DNA from: Mytilus edulis
Taxonomy: Eukaryota
DNA: 64,000 nucleotides
Reading direction: 5' to 3'
NCBI RefSeq assembly: GCF_963676685.1
Contig: NC_092352.1
Location: 79,236,001 to 79,300,000, forward strand
Part shown: one piece after another, positions 48,262 through 61,730 of the stretch
Layout: each line of letters starts with the position of its first letter
How positions within the stretch are numbered: the first letter of the stretch is position 1
The notes under the pieces: model-generated
The model's database searches: none
What the model saw: the letters and a program-made list of their open reading frames with translations, nothing else
Told to the model about the DNA's origin: nothing
Translations under genes and position numbers: made by a program

Positions 48262-51200
48262 ATGACAATGATTGCTGCCTATTGTTTAATTCTAAATACC
48301 TTTGTAATGAGATATGCAATAGGAGGTAAGTCTTTGGAATTCATTATATATATTAAAAGGTAAAACACTTCTGTGTCGACATGAATTATTATTGATGTGA
48401 TCATAACTATAAATAAGCTGTTAAAAAAACTATTAATAGTAGGAGAAAATATTTCCTACTTTAGCATGTATAGGGATTTATTTCCTTAACTGTATTAGGC
48501 AAAAACTTTCAGATTGTTTTCCCTCTATGCTCCTCAACTTCGCTGTTTATATGCCCTTTTCACTTTTTTGGCGTGTCACTGAAGACCAGTTTGTAGATGC
48601 GATACGCATAGACCCAGTTGTTCATATATGGTTATATTTCAATCAAACATATCTGCTCAATTTGATTACTTATTGAAACAATACACTTTAAATCTAAGTC
48701 TTATTTTTTTCTAAACGCGGATGTGACAGAGAAAACCTTTTATTTTGATTGAAAAGAAGCGATGATCGTAGAATTATATTTGATTATAGATAAATACATA
48801 TTTTAACTCAAATATTTTGTTGTATCAATTTGTTTGTTGTAATAGAAGATGACAAAGTGAAAAAATGATGATTTCAGAATGTTTGTTCGATAGACACAAT
48901 GAACGGAAATCACGATGGAAAAAGAGGGAATGACTATCAAACAGTTTGTGTCCTTCCCATTCTAGTTATCAACAGGAAATCTTACTTTAAGCCAAAACTA
49001 TTCCTTGGTTTGACTTTGAACGTAGGTCCGAAGCAGGGTTAACTATTTATAATTTAACCGATAATTACACAAAGGGATAAATTAAACTACAGGATAGATA
49101 TATATATATATATATGAAAGAAAAAAAGACTAGGGTTAAAATTTACTAAGTGATGAACAGCCGGGCTTAGTGTATTAAATCATATTTATGTGTGTCTTTT
49201 GTGATTATTTTATATTTGGTGTATTTACAGAGTTAAAACAATTACAAAATATTTATATTTTTTACCATTGTCATGCAGCTGGGGCTAGCCATTAAACCAG
49301 GTTCAACCTGCCGTTTTATCTTAAAATGTTCTGTACCAAGTCATGACTGTTTTTGGATGTGACATGTGTTACTGTATTTTGCTGTATCTTTGGAGATTAT
49401 TGCTATATATATCAGAAGATGTGGTATGAGTGCCAATCAACAAACGGTTACATGTCCTTTGATCAACAAACACTTATTAATACATCAGCTACAAGAACAA
49501 CAACATTTTGGCAATATAGTTTATCAATAAGTTGTATGTATTTCAAACGGTGCCGATTGGTTATCCATTTATAACAGCAGAATTGTTCCTTTGTAGCTAT
49601 TACAGATTTTCAAGTATAAATCATTACTATTACAATGAATAAATATTTGTAAAGAGAATGTCTATAAGTGTCAGATAAGGAAATAGTCGAGTGTGGGTGT
49701 GCGTTGATCAAGTATCAGGAAGTACTAATACTTCTGGAGTGGTAGGGTTTACTATTGACGGTTTTTTTTCAAACTATTTTAATCTGAGCGTAACTAAATT
49801 GTCTTATAAAGACGAAACGTGCGTCTGGCGTATTAGATTATAAGCTTGGTACCTTTGATAACCCTTTGATGCTCTCGCTATGTATAAATATACAATCTAA
49901 CCTTTTAAATTATCAAAACACACTTCCATTCGGGATAAAGAATAACATGACAAACTATATTACAAAAATAAGAAAAATATTTAAACAGTATTCTACCCGA
50001 TCCCCAAAGTGCAATCGGTTGGGAACATACCACCAAAGATGAAAAGCTAAAACTTCGGGCATTGTACGACGCGTATATTTTGTAAATAATTTCTTCAATC
50101 AACCAATTTGTTAACGTGACCGTGAGTAGAGAATTCTGTTATTCTACTTGAAAACTTATAAATTAAATATGGATACAAACCCTTTTACTTTTATATTCAC
50201 ACCACACATAAAAATTTATAAGTTTTAATAACTTAAAATTGTGTGGAGTAGATTTCGGGGAATCAGAAATAAACAGCATAGTCAAACATTTCCGCAAACT
50301 TTTACAATATAAGGATACTAATCATACACATGTGTGTACATTTCATCTTTTAATCTCCTTAACATAGAAACTACAGTTAAGGCAACCATGTCATTTGATT
50401 CGACAGCAATGAAGCACATATAAATCTTCCGTGATGTACGGAACTACATGTATGCAAATCTTCCGTATGGTAGGAAATGACATTGTGTACATGTGAATCT
50501 TCCATGAGTTACGAAAAGGTAAACATACAGACCTTCTATTATAGGTACGAAAAAGTCTGCCATCAAATACGAAATGGTATACTTGTTAATATTCCATGAG
50601 TACGACATGGTCAAGACTCAAAAGGGTCAGGGTACAAAATGACTTTTTCAAGAATCAGAGAACGAAATGAATATAATTCGACATGACCACAATCTTGGTT
50701 TTTTTTTGCCTTAATGGTTTATTAATACATTCATATTTGTTAGGTGTGAATAGACAATTATTATTGACATGCTAACCAACTTTGTCCCTATGCTTGTCGA
50801 CTTGATCGTATATTGTTATGAGGCAAATTTCATACATAAGCTTCGAAACGATGAAAAAATCTGGCAATTCCCCCAAATTCACTTATCTTTTGTTGTCATG
50901 TTGTAAGTCTAAATTAAAACTTACATATAGTATCGTCCTTTTCTATATTCGTTCTCTTTATAACTCTTGATTATGCCATGTCTAATTGTATTTGAATTTA
51001 ATCTTTATCTGAGGGGAACATATACTTTAAACAATATCATCAGAAATCGCCAAAAAATATTGCACAGTAAAATGCCCGTCTCTCTAAAAAAAATCAAAAA
51101 AATCAACAATAAAAGAGAGGCGCATGAGGACATTCAAATTCATAGAAAGAAAATAAAATTACAAAATTGCTAAAATAAGAAAATGATCAACAGACAACCA

Positions 51201-54200
51201 ACATAGGAATGTAAAAACTGAGGGAAGCAAACAGCAGGGATTGATCTAAAGTTCTCCGGATGGGTAAATATATCTTGCTCCAATTTATTACTTTTTTATT
51301 TGAGCGTCACTGGTGTGTCTTATGTTGACGAAACTCACGTTTGGTATTTATTTGTACTGTAGTCCTGCCATGTAATGTTGTTATTTAGTGTTATATTTAA
51401 CATTGCCATAAAAGCACAAGGTTTGGCTAGCCACAAAACCAGGTTCAACCCACATTTTTTTTCTTAAAATGTCCTGTACCAAGTCAGGAAAATGGCAATT
51501 GTTATCTTATAGTTCGTTTTGTTTTTTTTTTTGTTGCACTTAAGTGTTTCTGTTGTTTCGTTGTTTTCCTCTTATAGTTGATGTGTTTACCTCAGTTTTA
51601 GTTTGTAACCCGGATTTGATTTCTCTCAATCGATTTATGACTTTCGAACAGCGGTATACTACTGTTGTCTTTATTTACGACAAAAGATATAAGCTATCAC
51701 GTGTGATATCTCCGGGAAACCGATTTTTTTTTTAAAATACGTCCTTCAAATTAACAAATATGTCCTCCATCAAGAAATCAAGCTTCTCACTAATGTCAGT
51801 ATCAGAGACAAGATACTTGGAATATCCGTTTCACATATAATATCGTATATTTTCCTTATCTCGAAGCAACAATACCCTTCCCTTTTCCCACATTTGACCG
51901 GGTTCGTAATGACATGAGCTTCACGACGGATGTCAAATTTGGAGCAAGCTCTCATTACCCCTCCGGAGCACCCGAAGTCATTCCCCATTTTTTTGGTAAG
52001 GTTCGTGTTGCTTACTCCTTAGTTTTCTGTGTTGTGTCTTGTGTACTATTGTTTGTCTTTTTCTATGTTAGCCATATCGTTGTGTGTTTATTTTGGATCT
52101 ATGAGTTTGACTGTCCCTCTAGTATCTTTCGTCCCTCTTTTGTGTTTACAGTGACCATTCGTTTTTGTTAAACAAAACATGACCAACTAATCGAATGTGC
52201 ATATCTTAGCTTTGAAGCACGGCTTAGATTGCTGATAACATTGATGTTAATAATAGCGCTAGAGGTTTCATGGAACATTTGGTAAATCCAGCAATATAAC
52301 GTTGTTTGCCAGGACACTATTGTAGTTTAGGTAGTCAGTAATGGAAGATCCAGTTCTTCATCTTTGGTTGACTTCTTAAAGGAACATAAAGCAGAGCTAT
52401 GACTTCCTCCTTGGTATGTTATTGTGGGTATAAGTTGAGTTTCAAAGCGAATTGTCGATACCCAATGTATGTGTCAATGTTTTTTAAACACAGATACGAT
52501 GTTTATCTGCAGAGACTGGTCAAAATAGCATGACTTTGTAGATAGAAAACGTATTACAGATTAATCAAAACCATGTACACAAAAAAGAATCCATTTGCCT
52601 TTCTAAATTCGGAGTTCAGTATTTTTGTGATTAAACTTTTCCCATAAGCCATGAAGTTACATGTAAAGATATGGAAACATTAAAAATTGTAAAACACTTT
52701 ATATTTTGACCTTCATTATACATTCTTTACCTAATGACATTTCAAGCAATTGTAACAAAAGTATAACAAGGCTAGGCATCTGTAAGTCATCAGCTTCTTG
52801 TTGTCAAATATATGGTCATAAATTCATAGATAAAGAGAAACTATACAGTGACTTTCTTCATCACCAAACTGAACAAATAGCGGTATACTTCGGGGTTTAA
52901 CGAAGAGTATTCATGAAAAAGTCAAACATTTTGAAAGGATACAAATAAAGACACTATGTCAACATTGATACATAAAAGTGTAGTGGAGTTTATTACATCA
53001 TGAGAAAAGATTTTTCGAAAAGAAAACAGTTTTATTTAGATTTGTTGGTATTCTATATTTATGATATTGTATATTACCAAATTTCACATGATATCAATTG
53101 TTATTAAAAACTGAATTTTCAATACACATTTACCTAACAATACATTTTTTATTTGCAGATCAACTGAGTCTTGAATTGAGTGCTGGTCAATCAAAATGGA
53201 AAGAAGCTTTTGATTCCTGTAACGATCCAACCTACTGGCATCAGCTGTCTAATCACTGTCAGCCTGATTCATGCAATGCTTCTTATTTCACAGATACAAT
53301 CATAAATAAGCCGAAGTTCGAGAGGCAAGAGTATTGGATCTATGGATACGTACTACAGTCACCTGTCATTGGAAACATAGGTATTGATTTAGTTGTACTT
53401 TGTTGGTTGCACCAATACTGCCGTAGCTTCACAAAAGGATAATAAGTCGAATATAAGTACTAGTATACCGGTAAAATAAGGATATGAGTTATGATTCCTA
53501 AGTCTTATGAATATCCACGAAGGTGCTAATAACGTCAAAATAAGCATTCGTTTTCTATTCTCAGTTATAGGTTAATATTTTTTTGCCTTATTCTTCATGG
53601 TTACTTTCCCACATGGTAGTTAATGAAGGCAACAGTAGAATACCACATAACAATCTTTGAATATTGTTTTATTGGTAGAAGTATTAATTTTGTTGTCAGT
53701 CAATTACAACTATAATAAATATTACGCATATGTACTTTCAAGTATTTTTTTTATTATTTAAGTCCTAGATACATGATTATTTTTAAGGAGTTATTAACTT
53801 TGAAAACAATGTCAGTAACTGCAAGTACTGTCAGATCTGTATAATGGTCATTTTGTGAAAGATCTTTGTGAGCTGTATGTGTATTTATATTCATTGTATC
53901 CAAATCACACAAAAATTATTAAATATAGATAACCATTCGGCCTTCAGCAATGCACAAATCCAGTATCGCATAGTCAGCTGTACAAGAACCAAAAACGACA
54001 AAATAATGTAAAACAATACAAACTAGAAAACCAACGGATTAATTTATGTACAAAAAAATGTCTGTCTTATTTGTTTTCCGTAAATCGTTTTCTTATAAAT
54101 TAGTTAGTTTTCTCATTTGAATTTTCTCATATTGTTCATGTCGGGGCGTATTATAGGCGACCATAAATAATTGATTTTCTCATTGTGGAAGGCCGTACGG

Positions 54201-57200
54201 TTGCCTTTTATTACTAACACACACTCTATTCCAACTTTCGTTGATAGTTGTCTCACATTGGCAATTATACCACAGTTTTTTGGCTCGAGTATTTTTCCTC
54301 AGTAAAAGAAAACAATATTCAGTGCATATGTATTTGAATGTACTAAAACTTTAGATTTTCCCTCGCCTGATCGTCTGATTTAAAGTATTTCTTTACTAAA
54401 TGCCTTCGTATAAATAAGACAAAACTATGAGATAGGTTTGGTTACTCGCAGTAACTTTGTTTTTTCTTCTTTCAAACCATGTTTGATATATAGCTTGATG
54501 ATCTTATATAAATTAATTACAATATTTAGATTGAAGTTTCGTGTATGATTGTATTTTTAGGTTATAGTGGTACAAATTAAATCAAAGTTTTAAAGAGCAA
54601 TATCTTAAATAATTGATTGAGGCATAAAAAGTTATATAGGAATCGAATGCACGTATACAACATGGTATATGAAGAGTAATTCTTTGTTCGGTTGTTTATT
54701 AAATGGACACTCACACAAATCAGATAAATGAATCAACGGTGCAGGTGGTTTAAAACGACATTGACTGCGCCTGACGATCTTGTAACGGTCGTCTTAAATA
54801 AAACATCTCTATTTCTGGAGAAAGAAATTTACACTTCAAACAATTTTAATTTAGCAATTTATCTATATTATACCATACCCGTGACATCGCGGGTCTGTGA
54901 CTGAATTAAAAAAGCTACGCCTTATTTTTAGCCTGGACTTTTAGAATTGTATTGTCATTTGATAATTTCACGCTGATTATAAGGTACACCCGTATTACCT
55001 GTTTAATGACGAAGTTCAGGTGCTATTAATACCCGTGTTTATAGCATATCCTGAATACACCGTTTGGTCGTGCGCCTGACAGAAGCGGAACGTACAACTT
55101 AGATACAACAGAGATAAGGTAATTTTGAGACATATACTATTGGAACCGTTTCAGATTCGACGCGGAACTTGTCACTAATTGGTTATATAGTACACTGTGT
55201 ATTCATTTATATTCGTTGGTACCAATTTTCGTTGTAAATATTTAAATTCGTTATTTAGGCAAAGTCTGCTTACACTCTTTAAGAAAGTTTTTTATTCGTT
55301 GAATATTTAAATTCGTGGTTCCCTTGTACCAACGACAGCCACGAAAATGGGTATTTAACGAATATCAATGAATCAACAATATGTATTAAAAAAAAGAGGA
55401 CCTGCGAGGGCCTGCGACTCTTTTACTCAAAAAAATCTTATGATTTAAATTTATCGTAAGTTATACTGAAATGTGCACCACTTTTATGTGAAAAGAACCG
55501 TTGAAATGGTGTCAATTCTAATCTACACCATTGTTCTATATATGTCATATATATTAAGTTAAATTCGAGGTATATAAATAAATCTATATTCCATTCCGTG
55601 CGCTTCAAAAAGAGTCACAAGGTAAACAAATATATCATAACCACATCACTACTTAAGGCCTCTTCTGAATATTTGAAGGTCTCTACTATGTATTGGTTAC
55701 CCAAGCTACACAAAAAAAACCAGTTAAATATCGTTTCATCTTGACCTCTAATAAGTGTTTTACAGCTAATATTTCGGTGATTTTATTTTTTTTTTATTTA
55801 TTTTTTTTTTCTTATTTTTATTTCGGTGCTTTTAACTAGTTATTTATCTACTGCCAAAGAACTTACCATAAAATTTTGTAATAAAATATATGAAAAAAAT
55901 TGAATCGACTATTTGTAGAGTGAAACAAAATGTTTGGATGCTTCAAATAAATAACGTGCTTTCGATTGTCCATTTGATTTTGTTGACAGTTTTGACGTTT
56001 CAACTCTTTACACTACACTTCAACATAATCTTATCAAACAAAAGTTTTCCTTTTTTAAAATGGTCGTTTGGTAAATCTGAATGCACTGATGAGTGTGTCG
56101 ACAAATTAAATAAACTTTTGATTATAATTTGTTAACAGTATCTTACAGTTGATTCAAAAACAGTAAACACATCGACCTTTGTGTTGACAATAATATAGCT
56201 AGTCCCAAAACGCCAGTATTTAAAATTAAAAACCATGGATTACAGAGAACTGTAAAACACAAACATGGAAATATTTTTGAATCGGTTTTCTCGAAATAAC
56301 CCGATGAATTTTTTTCCGGAAATTTAAAGGACACGGAACAATAATGTGAATTCTATAACACTGGAACAATTTCAAATGCATTTTCAAAATTTAGTGTCGG
56401 GAAATAAGCATAACGAAAACCAAAACCAAAAAGAGTCCATACAAAATGTGTTCAAAGAATTAGACACTGAGAATGAACTTAGTTTCTGGAATACAAACAT
56501 TAAACGAGATAAAACTCCTGGATTTTAAAAAACATACTAAATGAATACCTTATTATTGGTAAAGCTGCATTGACACAAGTCATGTGTAAACTATTTAATA
56601 ACATTTTAAATACTGCAAATTTCCAGCAGATGTGGGTTGAAAGCATTATGGTTCCTGTGTTTAAGAAGGGTAATGTGGATGATCCTAAAATCTATCGTGG
56701 TATTTCGTTAGTTTCACACATTTGGAAGCTGTTTATTTCCTTCATTAATATTCGACTGTTGGAATGGTGTGAGAGAAACAACGTACTTACAGAAGCGCAA
56801 TACGGTTTCCGTCCTGGCCTTGGAACTACAGATGTCATCTTTGCTCTTCATTCAATCATAACAAATAGTTTAAGAAAAGGGAAACGTTTGTATTGTTGCT
56901 TTATAAATTATAGTCGAGCTTTCGACAGTGTAACACATTTTAAATTGTGGCTTAAATTAATAAGATATGGTATTACAGGGAAGTTTTAATACTAGTATAT
57001 TGTAACTAAATTAATGTATATGAATTTGAAATCATGTGTTCAGATGAATGGTAAATTATCTGATATGTTTTTATGCACTGTTGGCCTTATGCATGGGGAC
57101 CCTTTATCTCCTTTTTTGTATTCTTTATATGTAAATGACATAGAAATGGATTTGATAAACCAAAATTGTAAACCTTATAAGCTAAAAATGATAAATTTAT

Positions 57201-60200
57201 ATCGTCTGATGTATGCAGATGGAATGGTTTTATTCAGTGGAAATACACAAGATTTACAGCATATGATTAATAGTGTCAACACTTACTCAAATAAAACAAT
57301 TTATATATTATTTTTACAAAAACAAAGATTGTATTTTTCAGAAATAGGGATAAGCCTAAACAGGACGAAAAGTGGTTTTTAAATGGTGATACCATTGATA
57401 TTTGCAATGAGTTTATTTATTTAGGCTTACTTTTTTATACGCCCGTCAAAATTTTGACGAGACGTATTATGGTATACAAATGTCCGGTGTCCGTCCGTCT
57501 GTCTGTCCGTCCGTCTGTCCGTCCGTCTGTCCGTTTGTCTGTCTGTCCTGCGTAAACATGTCGCACCGTAACTTGAGAACGACTTATCTAAATTTCATTA
57601 AACTTGATATAGTTGTTTTTTATGATGGTCAAATGATTTGTATACTTTTTGGTGAAAATAAGATTTAAACTTTTTGAGTTACGGCACTTTGTAACTAAAA
57701 CAGGGGTGTTTTTTTTCACATGTCGCACCGTATCTCAAAAACTATTCTTGATTATTGCTTAAAACTTTACACACTTCTTAGTTATATTAATCTTAATATC
57801 TGTATACTTTTTGGTGATGATTCAAAATTTCATTTTTGAGTTATTGAGTATTTTGTAAAAAAGGGGGAGGGTTTTTTACATGTCGCACCGTATCTCAAAA
57901 ACGATTGATGATTATTGCTTAAAACTTTACACACTTCTTCGTTTTATTAATCTAAAGATCTGTATACTTTTTGGTGATGATTCAAAATTTCATTTTTGAG
58001 TTATTGAGTATTTTGTAAAAAAGGGGGAGGGGGTTTTTACATGTCGTGTCGTATCTCAAAAACGATTTATGATTATTGCTTAAAACTTTACAAACTTCTT
58101 TGTTATATTAATCTAAAGATCTGTATACTTTTTGGTGATGACTCAAAATTTTATTTTTAAGTTATTGAGTATTTTGTAAAAAAGGGGAGGTTTTGTTTTA
58201 CATGTCGCGCCGTATCTCAAAAACAATTTATGATTATTGCTTGAAACTGTACACACTTCTTTGTTATATTAATGTAAAGATCTGTATACTTTTTGGTTTG
58301 ATTCAAAATTTTATTTTAGTGATATTTGTAAAAAAAAAACAGGATGGGGGGGTTTCACATGTCCCACCGTGTCTCAAAAGTAATAAATAATAATTGCTTA
58401 AAACTTTCTCAGAAACTATTTATGATTATTGCATAAAACTTCTACACAAGACGTCGGGCGTATCATGCGCTCATGGCGCAGCGGTTTATTATTACACGTC
58501 TGGTAATTTTGTTAACACACAAAAGAGAATGTCAGAACAAGTAAAAACAGCAGTATATAGTATGTTTAATAAGATACAGGATTACTATTATAACCATGAA
58601 ACATTATTGACTTTATTTGAAACTTATGTTGCAAGTATTTTGAACTACAAAATGTATGACTGTGACCTTGTGTGTATCATAAGGCACATATTGAAAAGGT
58701 TCATATGTATTTGTTGAAAAGTATACTGAAAGTAAAAAAGAGTACTGTTAATAACATGGTACATTTGTATTATGTGAACTGGCTAGAATACCTATGTGAA
58801 TATAGAAAGAATACAGAATGGTAAAATGTTGGAGAAAATTATTATGTACTGATAATTGCATATTGAAAAATTGTTATGATGAAATGTTTAGTAGCTGTAA
58901 TAAAAAACCAAATGATAACCAGACCTGGTGCTGTAAAATTATAGACATTTTGGGTACATATGGCTTTAACTTTATTCGGTTAAGTTAAAATGTAGATAAT
59001 GTAGATTTTTTTCTGAGACAATTAAAATAGAGAATGGTTGATACATTTATATGTGAGGCAAATGATTTCTCTGAAGTCTCAAACAAAGGTCAACTATATA
59101 CATATATCTTTTGTACACATATTTTACAATTTTACTTAGACAAACAAGTGAACTATATGTATAAACCTTATATTTGTAAATACCGTATTTTTGCATATAA
59201 TTTGAATATAGAGACAGGACGATAATATTATATTGACAGGACAGATAGATTACATGTATGTATTATTGTATATAAAGTTCCATTGAAGACGAATTTCATT
59301 TTTCATTGTAATGTAATAAATATGCTGACATAAGAAAAAAATATATAAAACAATATTATAAGAGAAACCCCTCTACTTATAAATTGATACAATTGTTATC
59401 TGTACAGAATATTAAAGTACTGAACGATCTTGGTAAATACTTAAATTTAGCGGATAAACTACGCTGCTAACTTTTAATAATTTTATGAATTTCATACTCT
59501 GCGTTATACTTGAAATTGTATTGTATAAGAGTGATTTAATGTTTAAATGTAGTGAACATTTTATTATTATATATCTGTTTATGTAATATGGTGCATGCAT
59601 AATTAATTTGTCAGAATTTGAATATATATCCTATAAGCTGTAGATATAGGAAGATTTGGTATGAGACAATTGTACTTGTTTTTGGAATAAAGTATTTTAT
59701 TTGCTGAAACTCATTTCAAGCCTTTATCTCTAATAAGAAACGTATACATGCTAGATACATTTCTGAGGATTGAAGCTGTTTATTCCTCCTTGATGATATT
59801 TATGTACGTTTTGGCAACACGGTTTATCGACATATTATAGGTTTTCATATGTCCACGCATTTGGGCCCTTTCATAGTCGTCTTATTTGTGTACTGTTATG
59901 AATCAAAGTGTTTGACCAAACTCAGTAAGGACCCGTCTAAAATGCATTTAATTGATATTATGATCATTATTTTTTTCTTATAGGATGCTTCAGTTTGAAT
60001 ACTAGTTTGAATAGTACTTTTTTTAGTGGTATCTTCTCATTTGGAAACAATTCTGCCACTCAATGCTCAAGAACATGTCCGGATACAACACAGTATATGT
60101 TTATTGGGGTAAGATATATACTCACGATACAATTGAATCTAAAAGTTTGGAATGAATGTATTTCATTATAATGTAACGTTAAGAAATTTTCCGATCGGTC

Positions 60201-60734
60201 CAACATTATATTTAATTGCGTGATGCTGCATGTCATGAATTTAATGAATACAAATGTTGGTATAAATTATCCTGTCGCGTTTCGGACGCACGAAATTTGG
60301 ACGTGTTATTTTCTTTTTTGCTCTAACTGTTTGAAATTCGATCCATAACATGATATAGTCCTACGTTTGATTTTGTCAGGTTTTGTGGTTTCTGTTTTTT
60401 TTTATTTACCTTTAAGTTCAGGATATGTTTTTTCATCATTTTTTTTAGATTTTCATATCTATAAAAAACAAAGCAACGTTCGTTTGTTTTTGTTTTTTGA
60501 GAGAGTGAACTTTTTCTGAACTGTTATAACTTTATAACTTATATGCAAACGTTTCGATATAGGATACAGAATGTCTTTGTATTACTGAGTTCAAATTTTA
60601 CCAGCAAGACAGATATAGTGAAGAAAATACAGGTGCTTGCAAGGATACTTGCAATGGAAATAGTAAAGACTTGTGTGGCAGTGCTACATCTTCTGAAGGA
60701 AAGAAGCTATACAGCGTTTATGAAATAGTTAGCA
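48262..60734 (+). CDS. Tandem paralogue 2 of the CTLD/WSC receptor, exons 1-4 (3' exons beyond window)
   Basis: Exons 48262-48325 (MTMIAAYCLILNTFVMRYAIG), 53159-53380 (WKEAFDSC..YWIYGYVLQSPVIGNIG), 59984-60108 (GCFS..QCSRTC..YMFIG) and 60563-60734 (TECLC..CKDTCNGN..LCG..YSVY). Same phases and cysteines as paralogue 1. Confidence 0.85.
54351..54485 (-). mobile_element. Diverged solo terminus (B repeat) of a related PAT-like element
   Basis: Colinear with 34232-34360 (TCCCTCGCC, ATTTCTTTACTAAAT, ATAGGTTT, CTCGCAGTAACTT). Confidence 0.7.
55880..59450 (+). mobile_element. Decayed non-LTR retrotransposon (RTEX/RTE-like LINE) in intron 2 of paralogue 2
   Basis: Broken ORF2 with VPVFKKG..YRGISL, QYGFR, RAFDSV, GDPLSP, MYAD and a C-terminal LNIETGR..IEDEFHF. 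Many stops and frameshifts. Confidence 0.85.
57433..58487 (+). mobile_element. DINE-1/HINE-like element with internal ~160-bp tandem array, nested in the LINE
   Basis: 5' TTTATACGCCCGTCAAAATTTTGACG, then (GTCC/GTCT)n. Units start at 57557, 57719, 57879, 58040, 58201 and 58358. The 3' end has the inverted GGGCGTAT and hairpin TGCGC-TCATG-GCGCA. The LINE peptide reads FIYLGLL before and YYTSGNF after. Confidence 0.85.
59760..59960 (+). mobile_element. Penelope-like RT remnant (motif B region)
   Basis: FLLDDIYVRFGNTVYRHIIGFHMSTHLGPFIVVLFVYCYES resembles PLE FLxDNIxVxFG..YRQ..GIPMGT..AP..ADLFLY.YE. Confidence 0.7.
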
Positions 60735-60869
60735 GTATGTATAGCATTTACAATACTAGCAGTTACTGACAGATAATGTAAAGCCAAGAACAACTAATAC
60801 AAAAATCATGCAACTTAGACTTATATATCAATCAGAACATACCCAATATCCAATAGATTTCGTTTAAAA

Positions 60870-61590
60870 ACGTTTTAAATAGTCTCAGTATAATGTGTAA
60901 TGCCAAAATTCATGAATCGACATATTGTAGAGCCTATTTATATGACAATAGTATTTAGTTTGATTTTAATGAACTGATACCAAAATCAATATTAATACCC
61001 AAAAAAAAATATATTCACAGATCTAAATACTGCATTTAATTGGTAACGTTTTAGAATAAGTTTATTCCAAGGATCGACAAGTTTACCCGGATCGCGTCTT
61101 AATTTTCGGACTCGGTAAAATACTTATCCGTAAAAAAAAAAAGGATGAAGTATCCCGTTTGAAATATGTTTGCTACAGGTCCAACCAAACATCAAAACTA
61201 TATCTTTATATCTATGGAAGAATTTAGTAAAGAATTTAAGTAATTTGTGGTAACGAGATCCCTGACCTAATGTCTTACTACTGATACAAATATTACGTTC
61301 ATCAACATTCACAACATCACAAAAACACAGGCAATGCGAACGAGTTGTGATAAATAAATAGCGTACGTTGTATGGTGTCAAAGGTACATCACCATCCAAG
61401 AAAGGAAATTAACAATAGGAAACGAAATATCGTCCCTTTATCTTAAATTTTAGTGTAGACTTCTCCGTGAAAAATTTAGATTTCTAAATCAAGGTAAGGA
61501 CAGTTATAACCGTTTATATTTGATTTATTTAAAGTAAGTTCCATTGGATACATTTCGACAGTATATCTAGCAATATTTGTTTAACGAAAA
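60870..61590 (-). mobile_element. Penelope-like RT/thumb remnant
   Basis: YPMELTLNKSN..CPYLDLEI..DKRDDISFPIVNF..LDGDVP..QGSRYHKLLKFFTKF, with stops and frameshifts. Confidence 0.75.
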
Positions 61591-61593
61591 AAC

Positions 61594-61730
61594 ATATATA
61601 TATATATATATATATATGTAGGACTCTAAAGTGAGATGGGGATGCTAAAGTACGATGGTCACGCTAAAGTGCGATGGTCTACGCTAAAGTACGATGCCTA
61701 CATACGCTAAAGTGTGATGTTCCGCGAAAG
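61594..61730 (+). repeat. (TA)n followed by ~5 tandem ~19-bp units (ACGCTAAAGTRCGATGG); probable subterminal array of a DNA transposon
   Basis: Read directly; the other end was not identified. Confidence 0.6.
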
